Shown: positions 1 through 12,930, counted from the first letter of the stretch. The stretch: 64,000 nt of DNA from Eledone cirrhosa (GCA_964016885.1 OZ024740.1:15500001-15564000); one strand, 5' to 3'. Notes: a model not told the origin generated them from the sequence alone. Translations and numbers: made by a program.

Positions 1-324
1 GGTTCAACTTATCCATGATGGTATTTGTTTAGCACCCCCACCCCGCGAGCACTTGGGAACCTTTAGCGGAGTCCTCACAGATCCAAACCTTCCGATCAGA
101 ACTCCGGAAGTTAATAGGTCTATCAGGAAAACCACCCTGCGGGTGGTTTTCTGCTAGCATGTGTAGTGTGCATATTGATATTATACACAAATATATATAC
201 ATATACATATGATACATCAAATAACATCGTAATTGACAATATACACAGAAATTGAACGAAGACTGTGTTACACTGTCTCATGTAATCAGTAAAGTAATCC
301 ATGATACATTAAAAAAAGACGATA

Positions 325-720
325 TCTATATGATAAAGCTGACGGCCGTATGTATGTAATAAACTTTTCGCCAAACGGCTGGACCAAACAGCACCAAATT
401 TGCACCATAGATGTAACTTTTTCCAAGTAAGAAAGTGAGGGTATTTTTGTCATCTAAATTTGGTTAAAAGGTTAAAGATATTTTATTGTTTATTTAAATG
501 TTCACTTCTTTAAAATTTGCAAATGTCAACACTTCCGGTTAGCGACCTCTCTCTTTCTCACTCTGTCTTTTTAGATGGATACATAGCTATAACGTCGCGC
601 CCTTATAATATCTGCCTGTATGTCTGGCTGTTTGCATTACGAAAACCATTCTGTACATTGACTTCGTTATCTGTGTGCGTGTGTGTATATGTATATATAG
701 TGTGTGTGTATATATATATA

Positions 721-784
<64 letters not shown>

Positions 785-1100
785 TTAGTATCATAAATAA
801 GAGACAGTTTAATTTGTACATTTTATTACAACATTCCTTTATACGTATATATTCATAAACAAGTTATTTACAGTTGTATAAAAAAGAAGTATAATTCTTC
901 TACTTTTGGCACAAGGCCAGCAATTATTCCAGTACATTGTTGGTACTTTATTATATATAATATATATAATACGACATTCCTCTCTCTTTCTCACTCTGTC
1001 TTGTTAGATAGATACATAGCTATATAACGTCGCGCCCTTATAATATATGTCTGTATGTCTGCCTGTCTGCATTGACTTCGCTTCTAACTAACTTTTAATT
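325..1100 (+). mobile_element. Helitron-like non-autonomous repeat, copy 1 (contains (TA)n and a SINE 3' fragment)
   Basis: Starts A|TCTATATGATAAAGCTG, resembling Helitron 5'-TC ends. The block AAACTTTTCGCCAAACGGCTG...GCACCAAATTTGCACCATAGATGTAAC recurs at ~3043 (+) and ~26465-26525 (-). The repeat is seen directly; the Helitron call is inference. Confidence 0.45.
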
Positions 1101-1168
1101 ATATATATATATATATGAAAGACGTAAAATAAGAAAATTTTAAAATTAACTTACTTACTAAAATTTTC

Positions 1169-1250
1169 ACTCCAACTAATTAGTTTCTGTAAGGGAATAA
1201 ATATAGTTACGCAACGCAACCATAGAGAAATCCTTACGTCATCAGGGAGT
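1169..1250 (-). ncRNA. Type I hammerhead ribozyme motif (inverted copy of 2011-2092)
   Basis: Reverse complement of 2011-2092 inside the inverted arm. Confidence 0.65.
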
Positions 1251-2010
1251 CTATTCTCAGCTAAGTTCCCAGGCAATGCGCGGACACTAGGAACCCATAT
1301 AAAAATAATAATTCAGTGGATGGAAAAAAGCGAGCGGGGACTAGATTCCAGGGCACTGAAAACATTCACTGCCTACTTGGTCAGTGGCAAATTCTAAAGA
1401 ATCAATCACGTGACACTGAGGTTAATCAGTGAGGAGTGGAGTGGTAATAAGACAAGAGCCTAACTACTACCATGAACGATAGTAGTAATTTCGGCAAGTT
1501 TTGCTCAACAAATAATTTGGAGATAAATATAGAGAATTAGTATATCTACCAACATATGTATACAGATGTATACTAAGTAAGTTAATTTTAAAATTTTCTT
1601 ATTTTACGTCTTTCATATAATTGTTCTGCATCCCCTTGCATAGAACCACAAAGGTACTAAGACATAACATATATATTTGCTAGCATAGGTATACATCTGT
1701 ATACATATGTTGGTAGATATACTAATTCTCTATATTTATCTCCAAATTATTTGTTGAGTAAAACTTGCCGAAATTACTACTATGGTTCATGGTAGTAGTT
1801 AGGCTATTGTCTTATTACCACTCCACTCCTCACTGATTAACTTCAGTGTCACGTGATTGATTCTTTAGAATTTGCCACTGACCAAGTAAGCAGTGAATGT
1901 TTTCAGTGCCCTGGAATCTAGTCCCCGCTCGCTTTTTTCCATCCACTGAATTATTATTTTATATGGGTTCCTAGTGTCCGCGCATTGCCTGGGAACTTAG
2001 CTGAGAATAG

Positions 2011-2092
2011 ACTCCCTGATGACGTAAGGATTTCTCTATGGTTGCGTTGCGTAACTATATTTATTCCCTTACAGAAACTAATTAGTTGGAGT
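2011..2092 (+). ncRNA. Type I hammerhead ribozyme motif
   Basis: Stem I ACTCC/GGAGT; core CTGATGA 2016-2022; stem II GTAAGG/CCTTAC with a C-A mismatch at its base and a long loop; GAAA 2074-2077; palindromic stem III ACTAATTAGT; predicted cleavage triplet GUU. Confidence 0.65.
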
Positions 2093-2252
2093 GAAAATTT
2101 TAGTAAGTTAATTTTAAAATTTTCTTATTTTACGTCTTTCATATAATTATTCTGCATTCCCTTGCATAGAACCACAAAGGTACTAAGACATAACATATAT
2201 ATTTGCTAGCATAGGTATACATCTGTATACATATGTTGGTAGATATACTAAT

Positions 2253-2283
<31 letters not shown>

Positions 2284-2344
2284 TTATAAAGTAATTAAGT
2301 CAAATATGTAAAATTTGGCTTCGTTTATTATAACTTATATATAT

Positions 2345-2399
2345 ACTGCTATATATGTTTCGGTGACAGCCATCATTGGCTGTGACCTCTTCAAGCAGT
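2345..2399 (-). ncRNA. Degenerate inverted copy of the 2634-2688 hammerhead
   Basis: Same stems, but the core reads TTGAAGA (conserved C lost). Confidence 0.55.
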
Positions 2400-2633
2400 C
2401 AGGATTGGTGTGGGAAAGACAGGTACACATGTTGTTGAAGTGTGTTTTACTCCGTCAATACATCGATATGTCCAGCTCCTGGTTGTGTGGTTATTCTTCT
2501 GAGGAACTGAAAACATATGATTCCAGTTCCTCAGAGGAATAACAACACAACCAATAGCTGGACATATCGATGTATTGACGGAGTAAAACACACTTCAACA
2601 ACATCTGTACCTGTCTTTTCCACACCACCCCTG

Positions 2634-2688
2634 ACTGCCTGAAGAGGTCACAGCCAATGATGGCTGTCACCGAAATTTATATAGCAGT
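2634..2688 (+). ncRNA. Minimal type I hammerhead ribozyme motif
   Basis: ACTGC-CTGAAGA-GGTCACAGCC aatgat GGCTGTCACC-GAAA-tttata-TA-GCAGT: stem I 5 bp, intact core, stem II 9/10 bp, very short stem III, predicted cleavage after A2683. Confidence 0.75.
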
Positions 2689-2837
2689 ATATCTATAAGT
2701 TATAATAAACGAAGTCAAATTTTACATATTTGATCTAATTATTTTACATTACTCCGGAGTAAACAAACCAACCTGCATACTTCGTCGAGTGCTCCAATCT
2801 GCATACTGATGTGTCGGTAAACAACCAACATATACTC

Positions 2838-2947
<110 letters not shown>

Positions 2948-3006
2948 TATATTCGTATACATATTCTCAACTAATACTATACTATATATTTTCAACAGTA
3001 ATACTA

Positions 3007-3364
3007 TCTATACTAATAAAGCTTATGGCCATATGTATATAACAAACTTTTCGCCAAACGGCTGAATCAAACGGCACCAAATTTGCACCATAGATGTAAC
3101 TTTTTCCATGTAAGAAAGTGAGGGTATTTTTGTCAACTAAATTTTGTTTAAAGATTAAAGATATTATCTAAATATTCACCTCTTTAAAATTTTCAAATGT
3201 CAACACTTCCGGGTATACGACATTCCTCTCTCTTTCTTAGTCTGTCTTTTTAGATAGATACATAGCTATAACGTCGCGCCCTTAAAATATGTCTCTATAT
3301 GTCTGGCTGTCTGCATTATGAAAACCGTCTGTGTATATATGTATATATAGTGTGTGTATATATA

Positions 3365-3416
<52 letters not shown>

Positions 3417-3660
3417 TGTGTATATATATATATAGTGTGTATATATATATATAGTGTTAGTATCATAAATAAGAGACAGTTTAATTTGTACATTTTACTA
3501 CAGCATTCCTTTATACATATATATACATACATAAACATGTTATTTACAGTTGTATAAAAAAGATATATAATTGTTTCTACTTTTGGCACAAGGCCAGCAA
3601 TTATTCCAGTACATTACTGGTACTTTATTATATAGAATGGCCCGGCGTTGCTCGGGATTC
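3007..3660 (+). mobile_element. Helitron-like non-autonomous repeat, copy 2
   Basis: A|TCTATACTAATAAAGCT start; colinear with 325-955. A GC hairpin CCCGGCGTTGCTCGGG at ~3640-3656 resembles a Helitron 3' terminal hairpin on the minus strand. Confidence 0.45.
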
Positions 3661-3721
3661 TAAACATAGATTGGCATGTTTATATTACTTATAAAACATT
3701 ATAGCAAGAATATAAATAATT

Positions 3722-3829
3722 ATTTCTACTTTAGGCACAAGGCCAGCAATTATCTAGTGCATTACTGGTACTTTATTTTATCGACCCCGTAAGAATGAAA
3801 GGCAAAGTCAACCTCGGCGGGATTTGAAA
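3722..3829 (-). mobile_element. tRNA-derived SINE fragment (B-box remnant plus Meta-domain-like core)
   Basis: Minus strand reads TTCAAATCCCGCCGAGGTTGACTTTGCCTTTCATTCTTACGGGGTCGATAAAATAAAGTACCAGT. Shorter pieces of its 3' part lie at ~898-950 and ~3574-3627. Family call is from recall, not from a search. Confidence 0.55.
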
Positions 3830-4104
3830 TAATAGCAGAGAATATGCAATGATTGTAAGACAATCGTGTAGTGAGAGTATACGTATAGGTGTTATATGTT
3901 ATAAGTATTATAAGATATATTAGTTATAGGCGAAAAGATTTAGGTGAAAGGTTTTATAATGTTAGTCATAAAGTTTATGTAGAAAATGGTAATATTTATA
4001 GTTGTGAAGTGTTATTTCTGTTCTGTAGTATATCTGATATTTTACATTGAGCTAATAATCTTATGGTTAATCAGGTAATGCACAATATTACCCGTATCTT
4101 ATTT

Positions 4105-4319
4105 ATAATTATATATATATATATTATATATATTATATATATATATATATTATATATATATATTATATATATATATATTATATATATATATTATATATAT
4201 ATATATTATATATATTATATATATATATATTATATATATATATTATATATATATATATTATATATATATTATATATATATATTATATATATATATATATA
4301 TTATATATATAAGTATAAC

Positions 4320-4374
<55 letters not shown>
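4105..4374. repeat. Compound (TA)n / (ATT)n microsatellite
   Basis: Read directly; (ATT)n at 4320-4374 abuts the 3' end of R4 copy A1. Confidence 0.95.
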
Positions 4375-7057
4375 GCTCTTTAAGTCTCAGTCATTGATGT
4401 TATTTAACTGGAAAGTTTGTTGAAATGAATATCTAGCCGCTACCTCATATTCAGGACGTATCGGAGGGTTCTTGCTGTTCCCAGCAAGCATGCCTTTTGA
4501 AGTGTTCCAAAAAGCGGGGCTGGACTAATTTTCTTTAACCATCCTTGGAAACTCTTTGAGATAGTACTTAGTGCGCCTATGACAATCGGGCTGACTCTGA
4601 CTTCATGGCAGTTCCAAATGCTTTTTACCTCCCACTTTAAGTTCTGGTATCGGTTAATTTTCTCCCTCTCCTTTTCTTGAACTCACGTGTCGAATGGGCA
4701 GGCTACATCTACAATCAGGCACGATCTTTTTTCCTTGTCCAAAACCACCAGGTCTATTGTGTTCCAGTTTCTTGTCCGTCTGTATCCTAAAATCCCACAG
4801 CACCTTCACCTGATCGTTTTCTATCACCGACTCTGGCTTATGCTCATACCACTTCTCAGAATGTGGTAAATCGTTTACTTTGCATAGGTGCCAGTGGATC
4901 ACCCTGCCCATCACATCATGTCTCCAGCCCTTATAGTGAGTCTGGGCTAGGTGTTTACACTCGGATACAATGTGAGCCACAGTCTCCTCTCTCTCTCTAC
5001 AGATCCTACACAGTGGGCTAGCCTCCTCCTTGTAAATATGGTGTTTCACCCACTTCGTTTTGAGTGCCTGCTCTTGCGCAGCCATTAGCATTCCTTCTGT
5101 AGCCTTTTTAAGGTCTCCTCTTTTTAACCAGTTCCATGTCTGTGGATCTCTAAATTCAGTTTTCTCAAAGAAAGTACTATGAAGGGATTTTTTATGAAGG
5201 TTGCTCTTTCTCCTTGATGTTATTTACTCATTGGACATCCCCTGGTCTATTGTTCTCATTCAGTACAATTCTGAGCATTGGCTCCCTACTGTCGGTCACG
5301 TATTTGTGCAGGTTGTTTTTCTCCATCTGAACACAGTCCTCTATGCTGATAAGACCTCTTCCACCTTCAGATCTCTTTAAGTAGAGTCTATCGACATCAC
5401 TCCTCTTGTGGAACATGTTGTAGATAGTCAATAGCTTCCTAGTTTTCCTATCCATTTCTTTTTGTTCAGCAACATTCCATTTCAGAATTCCCGCACTGTA
5501 CCTAATAATAGACACAGCTCGGGATTTACTCCACTTATGACATTCCTATTGTTCAGATGTGACTTTAATACGCTCCTTACTCGCCTAATGTACTCAGATC
5601 TTATCAATTCCTTAATTTTTTTGTTCTTGATGTCATCTGCCTCCAGAACACCTAAATATTTGTATCCTTCTTCAGTGTCAATTTCCTTTATCATCTCACC
5701 TGTTGGTACCTGGATTCCGTTGTTTCTGCTCAATTTACCCCTCTTCATCACAAGGACTCCACACTTACTAATACCAAATTGCATACATATATCACTGCTG
5801 AAAATACGGACAGTATCAACAAGTACATCCAACTCCTTCTCACTCTTCCCAAAGAGTTTAAGATCGTCCATGAAGAGGTGGTGGTTGATGGTAAGCTCTC
5901 CTTTTCCCAACTTGTATCCTGCTCTCACTTTTCGCAGTATAATGGTCAGGGGTATCAGGGCAAGGACAAACAACAGAGAGGACATACTATCTCCCTGGAA
6001 GATACCTCTTTTGATCTTCACGCTTCCCAAGGATTCTCCACCCGATGTTAATTCTGTTTCCCAGGACTTCATACTTTTGCTCAACAACTGTCTGATGTTA
6101 TCTGCCACCTTGAAGATCTCTAGGCTTTTGGTTATCCAAGAATGAGGTACCATGTCGAATACATTTTTGTAGTCTATCCATCTCATGGCAAGACCAGTGT
6201 GTCTCCTCTTGCAATTCCTCATTACCATCTTATCAATAAGTAGCTGGTCTTTTGCACCACAGGACTTCTTTCAGCATCTTTTCTGTTCTCCCGTAACAAG
6301 TTGTTTGTGTGGAGGTGATGGTAGATTTCCTCAGATACAATGTTTGTTAACAGTTTCCACATTACGGATAGACACGTGATAGGTCTATAGTTGGTAATAT
6401 CATTACCCTTGATTCGGTATTTCATTACCAGGACTGTGGTACCCTTTGTCAACCACTCTGGTATCTCACCCGACATCAAGCAGTCATTGAACATGGTTGT
6501 CAGTTTCGGGTGGAGGGATGTTATATTTTTAATCCAATACCCCTGCACACCATCTGGGCCTGGTGATTTCCAGTTGGTTAGTTTTCTGGCCTGCCCTTTA
6601 AGAGTTTCAGCTGTGATACTTAAATCAGTTTGTTGGTGTGCCTGTTCACTAATCTCTTTTGTACTGTCTCAATCCACACTGCCTGATCATTATGTTCAAC
6701 ATCCTGCTCCCATATTCCTCTCCAGAATGTCTTAGTCTGTTCCGCCTCAGGGATCAAGTCGTTGCCTCTTTCTTTCCCTTCAAGCTGCCCAAATAACATC
6801 TGGTTGTTGTCAAACATGCGATTCTGTCTATACTGACTGACTCTTCTCTCATACCGCCTAATCTTTGCACTCTTTGCTACAATGCGTTGCTTCAGTTCCT
6901 CTATGATCATATTTAGCTTTTTCCTCCTAGTGTTGTACTTTATTTCCAGTCTATTTTTAGTATCTATGTTTTGTAGTGTCCCATTCAGTAGGGACTCAAG
7001 CTTTCCAATGTCATTTCTCATTTCCCTGATTTAACCATTCAGTCGTTTCTTCCACCA
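4375..7057 (-). mobile_element. R4/Dong-like RLE non-LTR retrotransposon, family A copy 1; 5'-truncated and frameshifted
   Basis: ORF fragments with RT motifs ([30 protein letters not shown]), CCHC finger CRIC..HIVSEC and RHD. Same 3' UTR as the other family A copies. Confidence 0.92.
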
Positions 7058-7087
7058 TCTTTTTAAAGTCATTCGATTTTTCCACCA

Positions 7088-7499
7088 TTTTTTAAAGTCC
7101 TTCAGTATTATATCAGGTCTATTTGCACCTATTTTTCCGTCTGTTTGGATGCTAAAGTTCCACAAAATTGAAATGTGATCTTTTTCAAGTACGGGAGGTG
7201 GTTGATGCTCCAACCAATTCTTTTGATGGGGCAGGTCAAAATGCTTACACATTATCCAATGTATGTATTGTGCAGCTCTGTCATGCCTGTTTAGGTATTC
7301 GGTTGGAGCTATAGGACTGCACATTGAAATTATATGATCAATGGTCTCTGGTTGTTTTTTACATACATGGCATAATGAGTTACATCCATTTTTTATTATG
7401 TTGGCTTGATAGTTTTTTGTTGGCAGACACTTCAGTCCTTCAGTCTCCGATTTAAGTCCAGAGGATGCCAACCACTGATGGGTTAAAGTTTTGTCAACA
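7088..7499 (-). mobile_element. Internal fragment of R4-like family B fused to the 5' end of copy A1
   Basis: Matches 8480-8899 (CHVC..HIISMC, RHD, NRPDIILKD) and lacks the family B 3' end. Confidence 0.88.
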
Positions 7500-7513
7500 T
7501 TATTATTATTATT

Positions 7514-8015
7514 GTTCTTTGAGTCTCAGTCATTGATGTTAGTTAACTGGAAAGTTTGTTGAAATGAATATCAAGCCACTACCTGCAGCCTCAGATATTC
7601 AGGACGTATCGGAGGGTTCTTGCTGTTCCCAGGAAGCATGCCTTTTGAAGCGTTCCAGAAAGTGTGAAGGGGCCAATTTTCTTTAACCATCCCTGGAAAC
7701 TTTTTGAGATAGTACCTAGTGCGCCTATGACAATCGGGACCACTTTGACTTCATGGCAGTTCCAAATCCTTTTTACCTCCCACTTTAAGTCCTGGTATCG
7801 GTTAATTTTCTCCCTCTCCTTCTCTTGCACTCTCGTGTCAAATGGGCAGGCTACATCCACAATCGGGCACGATCTTTTTTCCTTGTCCAAAACCACAAGG
7901 TCAGGTCTATTGTGTTCCAGTTTCTTGTCCGTCTGTATCCAAAAATCCCACAGCACCTTCACCTGATCGTTTTCTATCACCGACGCTGGCTTATGCTCAT
8001 ACCACTTCTCAGAAT
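7514..8015 (-). mobile_element. R4-like family A copy 2, ~500-bp 3' fragment (RLE domain and 3' UTR)
   Basis: NRPDLVVLD..IVDVACP..EKINRYQDL..LRYVLNI*; (ATT)n on both sides. Confidence 0.92.
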
Positions 8016-8198
8016 TATTATTATTATTATTATCATTATTATTATTATTATTACAGTTGCATTTATCTTGCTTTATGTTCATACGAGTTATCACCAAGTC
8101 ACAACCAGTGACCTCAAGAGACAACAAGGTCCACCATGTTCAAGAAAGAACATACATACTCACACATGCATCTTTAGGTGTTTAGACTTGTGATGTAC

Positions 8199-11100
8199 TT
8201 ATATTGACAGAATCTTCCTTAGTATATGGGCAGTTCCTATTAGTACTATCTTTTGTATTTCTCCTATACGCGGGTTTCCTGGGATTTGCGATAAGTAATC
8301 ATTAGACCCCTTAGGTATCATTCCCAGAGCGCCTACAGCCACTGGTATTGTTTTAGTTCTCAACTTTCACATTTTTCCAATTTCTATCTCCAGATCCTTA
8401 TACTTGCTCAATTTTTCAAATGTTTTTATAGATACATTCTTGTCTATTGGAACGGACATATCAATTAGCAGGCATATCCTCTTTTTAAAGTCCTTCAGTA
8501 TTATATCAGGTCTATTTGCATCTATTTTTCGGTCTGTTTGGATGCTAAAGTTCCACAAGATTGAGATGTGATCTTTTTCAAGTATGGGAGGTGGTTGATG
8601 CTCCCACCAATTCTTTTGATGGGGCAGGTCAAAATGCTTACACATTATCCAATGTATGTATTGTGCAGCTCTGTCGTGCCTGTTTAGGTATTCGGTTGGA
8701 GCTATAGGACTGCACATTGAAATTATATGGTCAATGGTCTCTGGTTGTTTTTTACATACACGGCATAATGGGCTGCATCCATTTTTTATTATGTTGGCTT
8801 GGTAATTTTTTGTTGGCAGACACTGATCTTGTGCTGATATCAGTCTCCGATTTCAGTCCAGAGGATGCCAACCACTGATGGGTTAAAGTTTTGTCAACAT
8901 CAGGATTGTTAGCTCGTTCTGGGTATTTTCCATTCAGAGGCTTTTCTTGCCATTTCTTAGCCAGTTTCTGTAGCAGTTCTTTCTTTGCAGTTACTTTTAC
9001 CTGCTTTGCTTTTTCTGTGTTTTCCATTTCAGCAGTAAATGGGACTTCTGAAATTTGTAGTCCATTACTGTATCTTTGTGCATCTTTTGTAATGGAATAT
9101 GATCTTTTGATGCTTTCGTGTTTCAAAACGAGTTTGATCATCCAATCATGTGATTCCCTTAGATATGTAGATAATCCAATTGTTGCAGTTTTCAACACAA
9201 TGTCTAACTGGATTAACCCACGTCCTCCTTCTTTCCTAGGGAGATATATTCTATCTGTATCTGCCTTAGGGTGATGCATTCTGTGCATGGTTAAGAATTT
9301 TCGAATTTTTGTATCGAGCCTACGGATCTCTGTGCTTGACCAGTTGATGACATTGTAACAGTAGGTTACTACTGGTATGGTAAGCGTGTTTATGGCATCG
9401 ATCCTATTCCTTGCATTCAATTCCGCTCTTAAGATTGCTCTTACTCTGCGGTAACATTCCTTCCTTATCCTTTCCCTCATTGTCGAGTGCTTGATTCCGT
9501 CTCCTTCACAAACACCTAGATATTTGTAAGTTTCCTCTTGATCAAGTTCTCTTATCACATTCCCTCGATCAAGATTAATGTCTGAACTTTTCAGCAGCTT
9601 TCCTCTGGTGAACTTTGCTTTGGCGCATTTATCTAGTCCAAACTCCATTTTAATGTCATCACTGAACTGCTCCACAGTGGATAATAGCCCTTGCAATTGT
9701 TCATCATTTTTTGCAAATAGTTTCAGATCATCCATGTAGAACAAGTGATTAATGGTTTTGTCATAGACTTTATATCCATGTTTTGTTTCATTGAGCATTT
9801 TACTTTATGGTATAAGTGCGATGCAGAATAAAAGCGGTGATAAAGACTCACCCTATAAAATTCCACAATTAATATTAACTTCTCCAGCTTCCAGTGATTT
9901 TGTTTCACTATTCAAAAGGAGTGTCGTTTTCCATGTCTTCATACTGAACGATAAAAACCTCCTGACAACGGGAGATATTTTGAAAATCTCTAAACATTTT
10001 TCAATCCAACTGTGTGGCAAACTATCGAATGCTTTTTTATAATCTATCCAAGCAATTGATAGATTTTTTGTGTCTATTATGACAATCTTCCAGTATCATT
10101 TTGTTAACCAAAAGCTGATCCTTACAGCCATATGAGCCTCGTTTACACCCTTTCTGCTCAATGGGAAATAGGTCATTTGTTATCAGGTGGTCATATGTAT
10201 ATTCAGTTAGCACTGATGTTAACATTTTATACATTGTGGTCAAGCAAGTTATCGGTCTGTAATTTTGGGGATTGTTTGTCTCATCATTCTTCGGAAGCAG
10301 GAATGTAATGCCGTTAACTAGCCATGATGGTATCTTTTCTGGCTCCTTAACTATTTCATTGTAAAGTTGGGCAAACAGCTCATGAGACTCTGTGAAGGCA
10401 TTTATACAAAAATTTAGTATTTTGTCTTTTCCTGGGGATTTCCATTTGCTGGTTTTTCTAAGAGCCAAACGCAACTGTTCAACTGTTATATTTTCCCATA
10501 TTTGTTCCTCAAGGTGAGCTGTATCTTTCATTTGTCTGTCTATCCATGGGGCATGTATATTATGAACTTTTTCTTCGGCCCAGATCTTTTCCCAGAATTC
10601 TTGCACTTCCTCCTTGGGTGGTATTGATTTAGCAGTTATTGTTGACTTACCAATTTTTCTGTAGAAGTTTCTTTGGTTGTTTTTGAACATATTATTGTCC
10701 TTATAGAATCTAGATCGTTTTTCAAAGCGCCTTATACGAGCAGCTTTGGCCGACACTTTTTTGCTTGATTATTTCTATCAGCATGTCTATGTCACTTGTT
10801 GATTTTATACTGTACTTTCTTTTCAATTTTCTAAGTTTAGTTTGTTTAACATGTTCACCTACTTTATAGTTTGTTAAAATGTCTATGTCAGATCGGAGAA
10901 GGTTTATTTGGCGATTGATGTTCTCTTGCCAAGTAGATTTCTTGTGGGAATTCCTTTGTTTTTTCATTTTCACTCCACATAAGTGAGTGGTGACTTTAGC
11001 CGATGCATAATAGAGATGATTTAAATCAGTAATGTTTAGTTTGTTTGTGATGATAATGTTTTTGAGAATTATGTTAGTCTTGTGTATTATCTTTTGGTTC

Positions 11101-11840
11101 TGTTTGGAGTTCTGGATCTTAGGGAGGGTGTCTCGTTCCCCCATGTCAGATTCTTTCATTTTCATCCATTCCATCATAATTTCATCCTTCAAGTTGGCAA
11201 GTTCATTCTCATTCATTTCTTTATCATTTACGATCTCATTGTTTTCATTTTGAGTTTCATCTTGAGCATGCACTCCTTCCACTTTTTCGATCCTTTCTTT
11301 AATTTGTTCTGTTGTCAGTGATTCCGCCCCAACCCTGGGATTCGAAGTGTTACAATTTACCTCGTTTTCACTGACACATGTTTCATTTTCCCTTCGCTGA
11401 CTTTGTGCTAATAGCTTGATCTGATCAATTTCTATATCAGTTAGTAACTTTTTTTTTACAATATTTCTTCGTATATTGGCTAGTTTGTTACTGTCAATAT
11501 AGCCTCTGTTTTCGGGATGTTTCTTTTTCCAGTTGATATATGTCTGTTCTGTATTCGATGTATTTGATGGGTAGTACATGGTAGTGTAGAAAGCCTCAAG
11601 GACTTCTTTATTATCTTCCCTTGACCATTTTTCTCTCTTTTTCTTTGGATTTCTTGGTGGTGAGCATGGAGGGCCAACAGTAGGAGTATTCCGGTTATGG
11701 GAGGTCTCCAGCTCCGAAGTGATGGGAAGGTTTGAACCATTAGCTGATTTTTCGACCCCAGTCTGGTTCCTCTCTGAGGGACGCGGCCCTTTTTGACCCG
11801 GGTGACGGCCGATCCGGTATGAGATTTTATCATTCGACAT
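8199..11840 (-). pseudogene. Family B RT-RLE polyprotein, frameshifted
   Basis: Consecutive ORFs 10722-11840, 10037-10756, 9723-9908 region, 8752-9798 and 8367-8717, with KWKSPGKD, NYRPITCL, EQKGC, YMDDLKL, YKYLGV, RHD and RPDII..IDMSVP. Confidence 0.9.
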
Positions 11841-12220
11841 TTACTTTATTTTGTCGCGTTTTATCCTTATCCGCCAAGGGGTAATCATTTCGTGTTACCA
11901 CTTCTAGGACGAGTGTCAACCAAGACTAGAGGGGTCGTCCTTCCCTAGAGACACGGCTATTCCTCGCCGGCCGCCATCCCGGTATTTCTTGGTCACGGGG
12001 TTTTCTTTTTTGTTGTTTTTGTAAATTGTTATTATCATGAGTGGTTCCTTAATGTGAGTATTGCGTGGCTTAAGAATGAAATTATTATTAATAATATAAT
12101 GCTGGGGCTTTTTCTATTGTTGGTGGGGAATGCAGGAGCCAGCAGTGCCATAGTCGTTGACGTTTGGCTGGTGGCCGGGTCACTAAGTCAATCAATTTAT
12201 ATCTTTTGCTAGCCTCTCCC

Positions 12221-12927
12221 TTGTCTAGTGATACCGCCACCTTCCCCTTTCTTAAGTTAACAGAAGGTAATGGGGGAATAGTGGTGATAGCAATGAAGGA
12301 GTGGTGGCGGCGGTGATGGGATAGTGGTAGCAATGATGGATGGAGTGGTGGCGGCGGTGACTATAGCGATGGCGTTGTCGTTACTGAGTTTTGTTGAATA
12401 GACTGTAGTTTTTTTTATCTGTGTATCATTGCGGTTTGTCGCGTATGTTTAATATGTGTTGACATATTTTCTTAATATTGGAATTAAACATTTTGTGAAA
12501 ACTTGAGACAATAATAATAGTAATTATTATTATTATGCTGGGATTGGTGGTGGTGGTGGTGAAATTGCCGTTATCTGGCTGTTGTATTTAGTGTACACAG
12601 AAGGGTGATGGGATAGGTGGTGTATCTACTTTGTGGTGTTGGTGAAATTGCTGTTATTTGGCTGTTCTATATAGTGTAGACAGAGGGGGCTTTTTCTTCC
12701 ATTTATAACCATTTTCTTTTTTGAATATAAAATTTATAATACAAAATTGAATATTTGAGCGATATAACAGGATATTATGGATCCGAATTTTTCTGAGAGT
12801 TGAGTCTGGTGCTTTATGTATCATTTGTACTAAGAATTGTTATATCACAATTGTTTTAAATATGTTAAAAATCAAATTCTTACGGGAGCGATTTCATGAC
12901 CTTCTATCCACCAGGTGCGTCTTCTTC
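12221..12927. repeat. ~700-bp block repeated at ~17193-17890 (shared 5' leader)
   Basis: Colinear from TTGTCTAGTGATACCGCCACC to GTGCGTCTTCTTC in both places, high identity by eye. Confidence 0.9.
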
Positions 12928-12930
12928 TTC

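Larger units (their letters stand above)
1112..2256 (+). mobile_element. Non-coding fold-back element of Penelope-pLTR/retrozyme type: inverted arm plus ~1.3 tandem copies of a ~526-bp unit
   Basis: 1112-1573 is the reverse complement of 1689-2145. 1574-1731 repeats directly at ~2101-2256 (period ~526). Flanked by (TA)n and (TC)n(TA)n. No ORF in the track. Contains a hammerhead motif. Confidence 0.75.
8054..12930 (-). mobile_element. R4/Dong-like family B, apparently full length
   Basis: Distinct 3' UTR 8054-8198, disrupted ORF 11840 to ~8199, putative 5' leader to ~12930, (ATT)n on both sides. The 5' boundary could instead be ~12080. Confidence 0.85.

Noticed and set aside
1-220. 63-aa minus-strand ORF or host exon at the window start
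   Set aside because: No recognisable motif, and half of it lies in a repeat also found at ~27.9 kb.
7031-7471. 146-aa ORF as a real fusion protein
   Set aside because: Open frame across a rearranged junction of two truncated elements; the finger and nuclease are incomplete.
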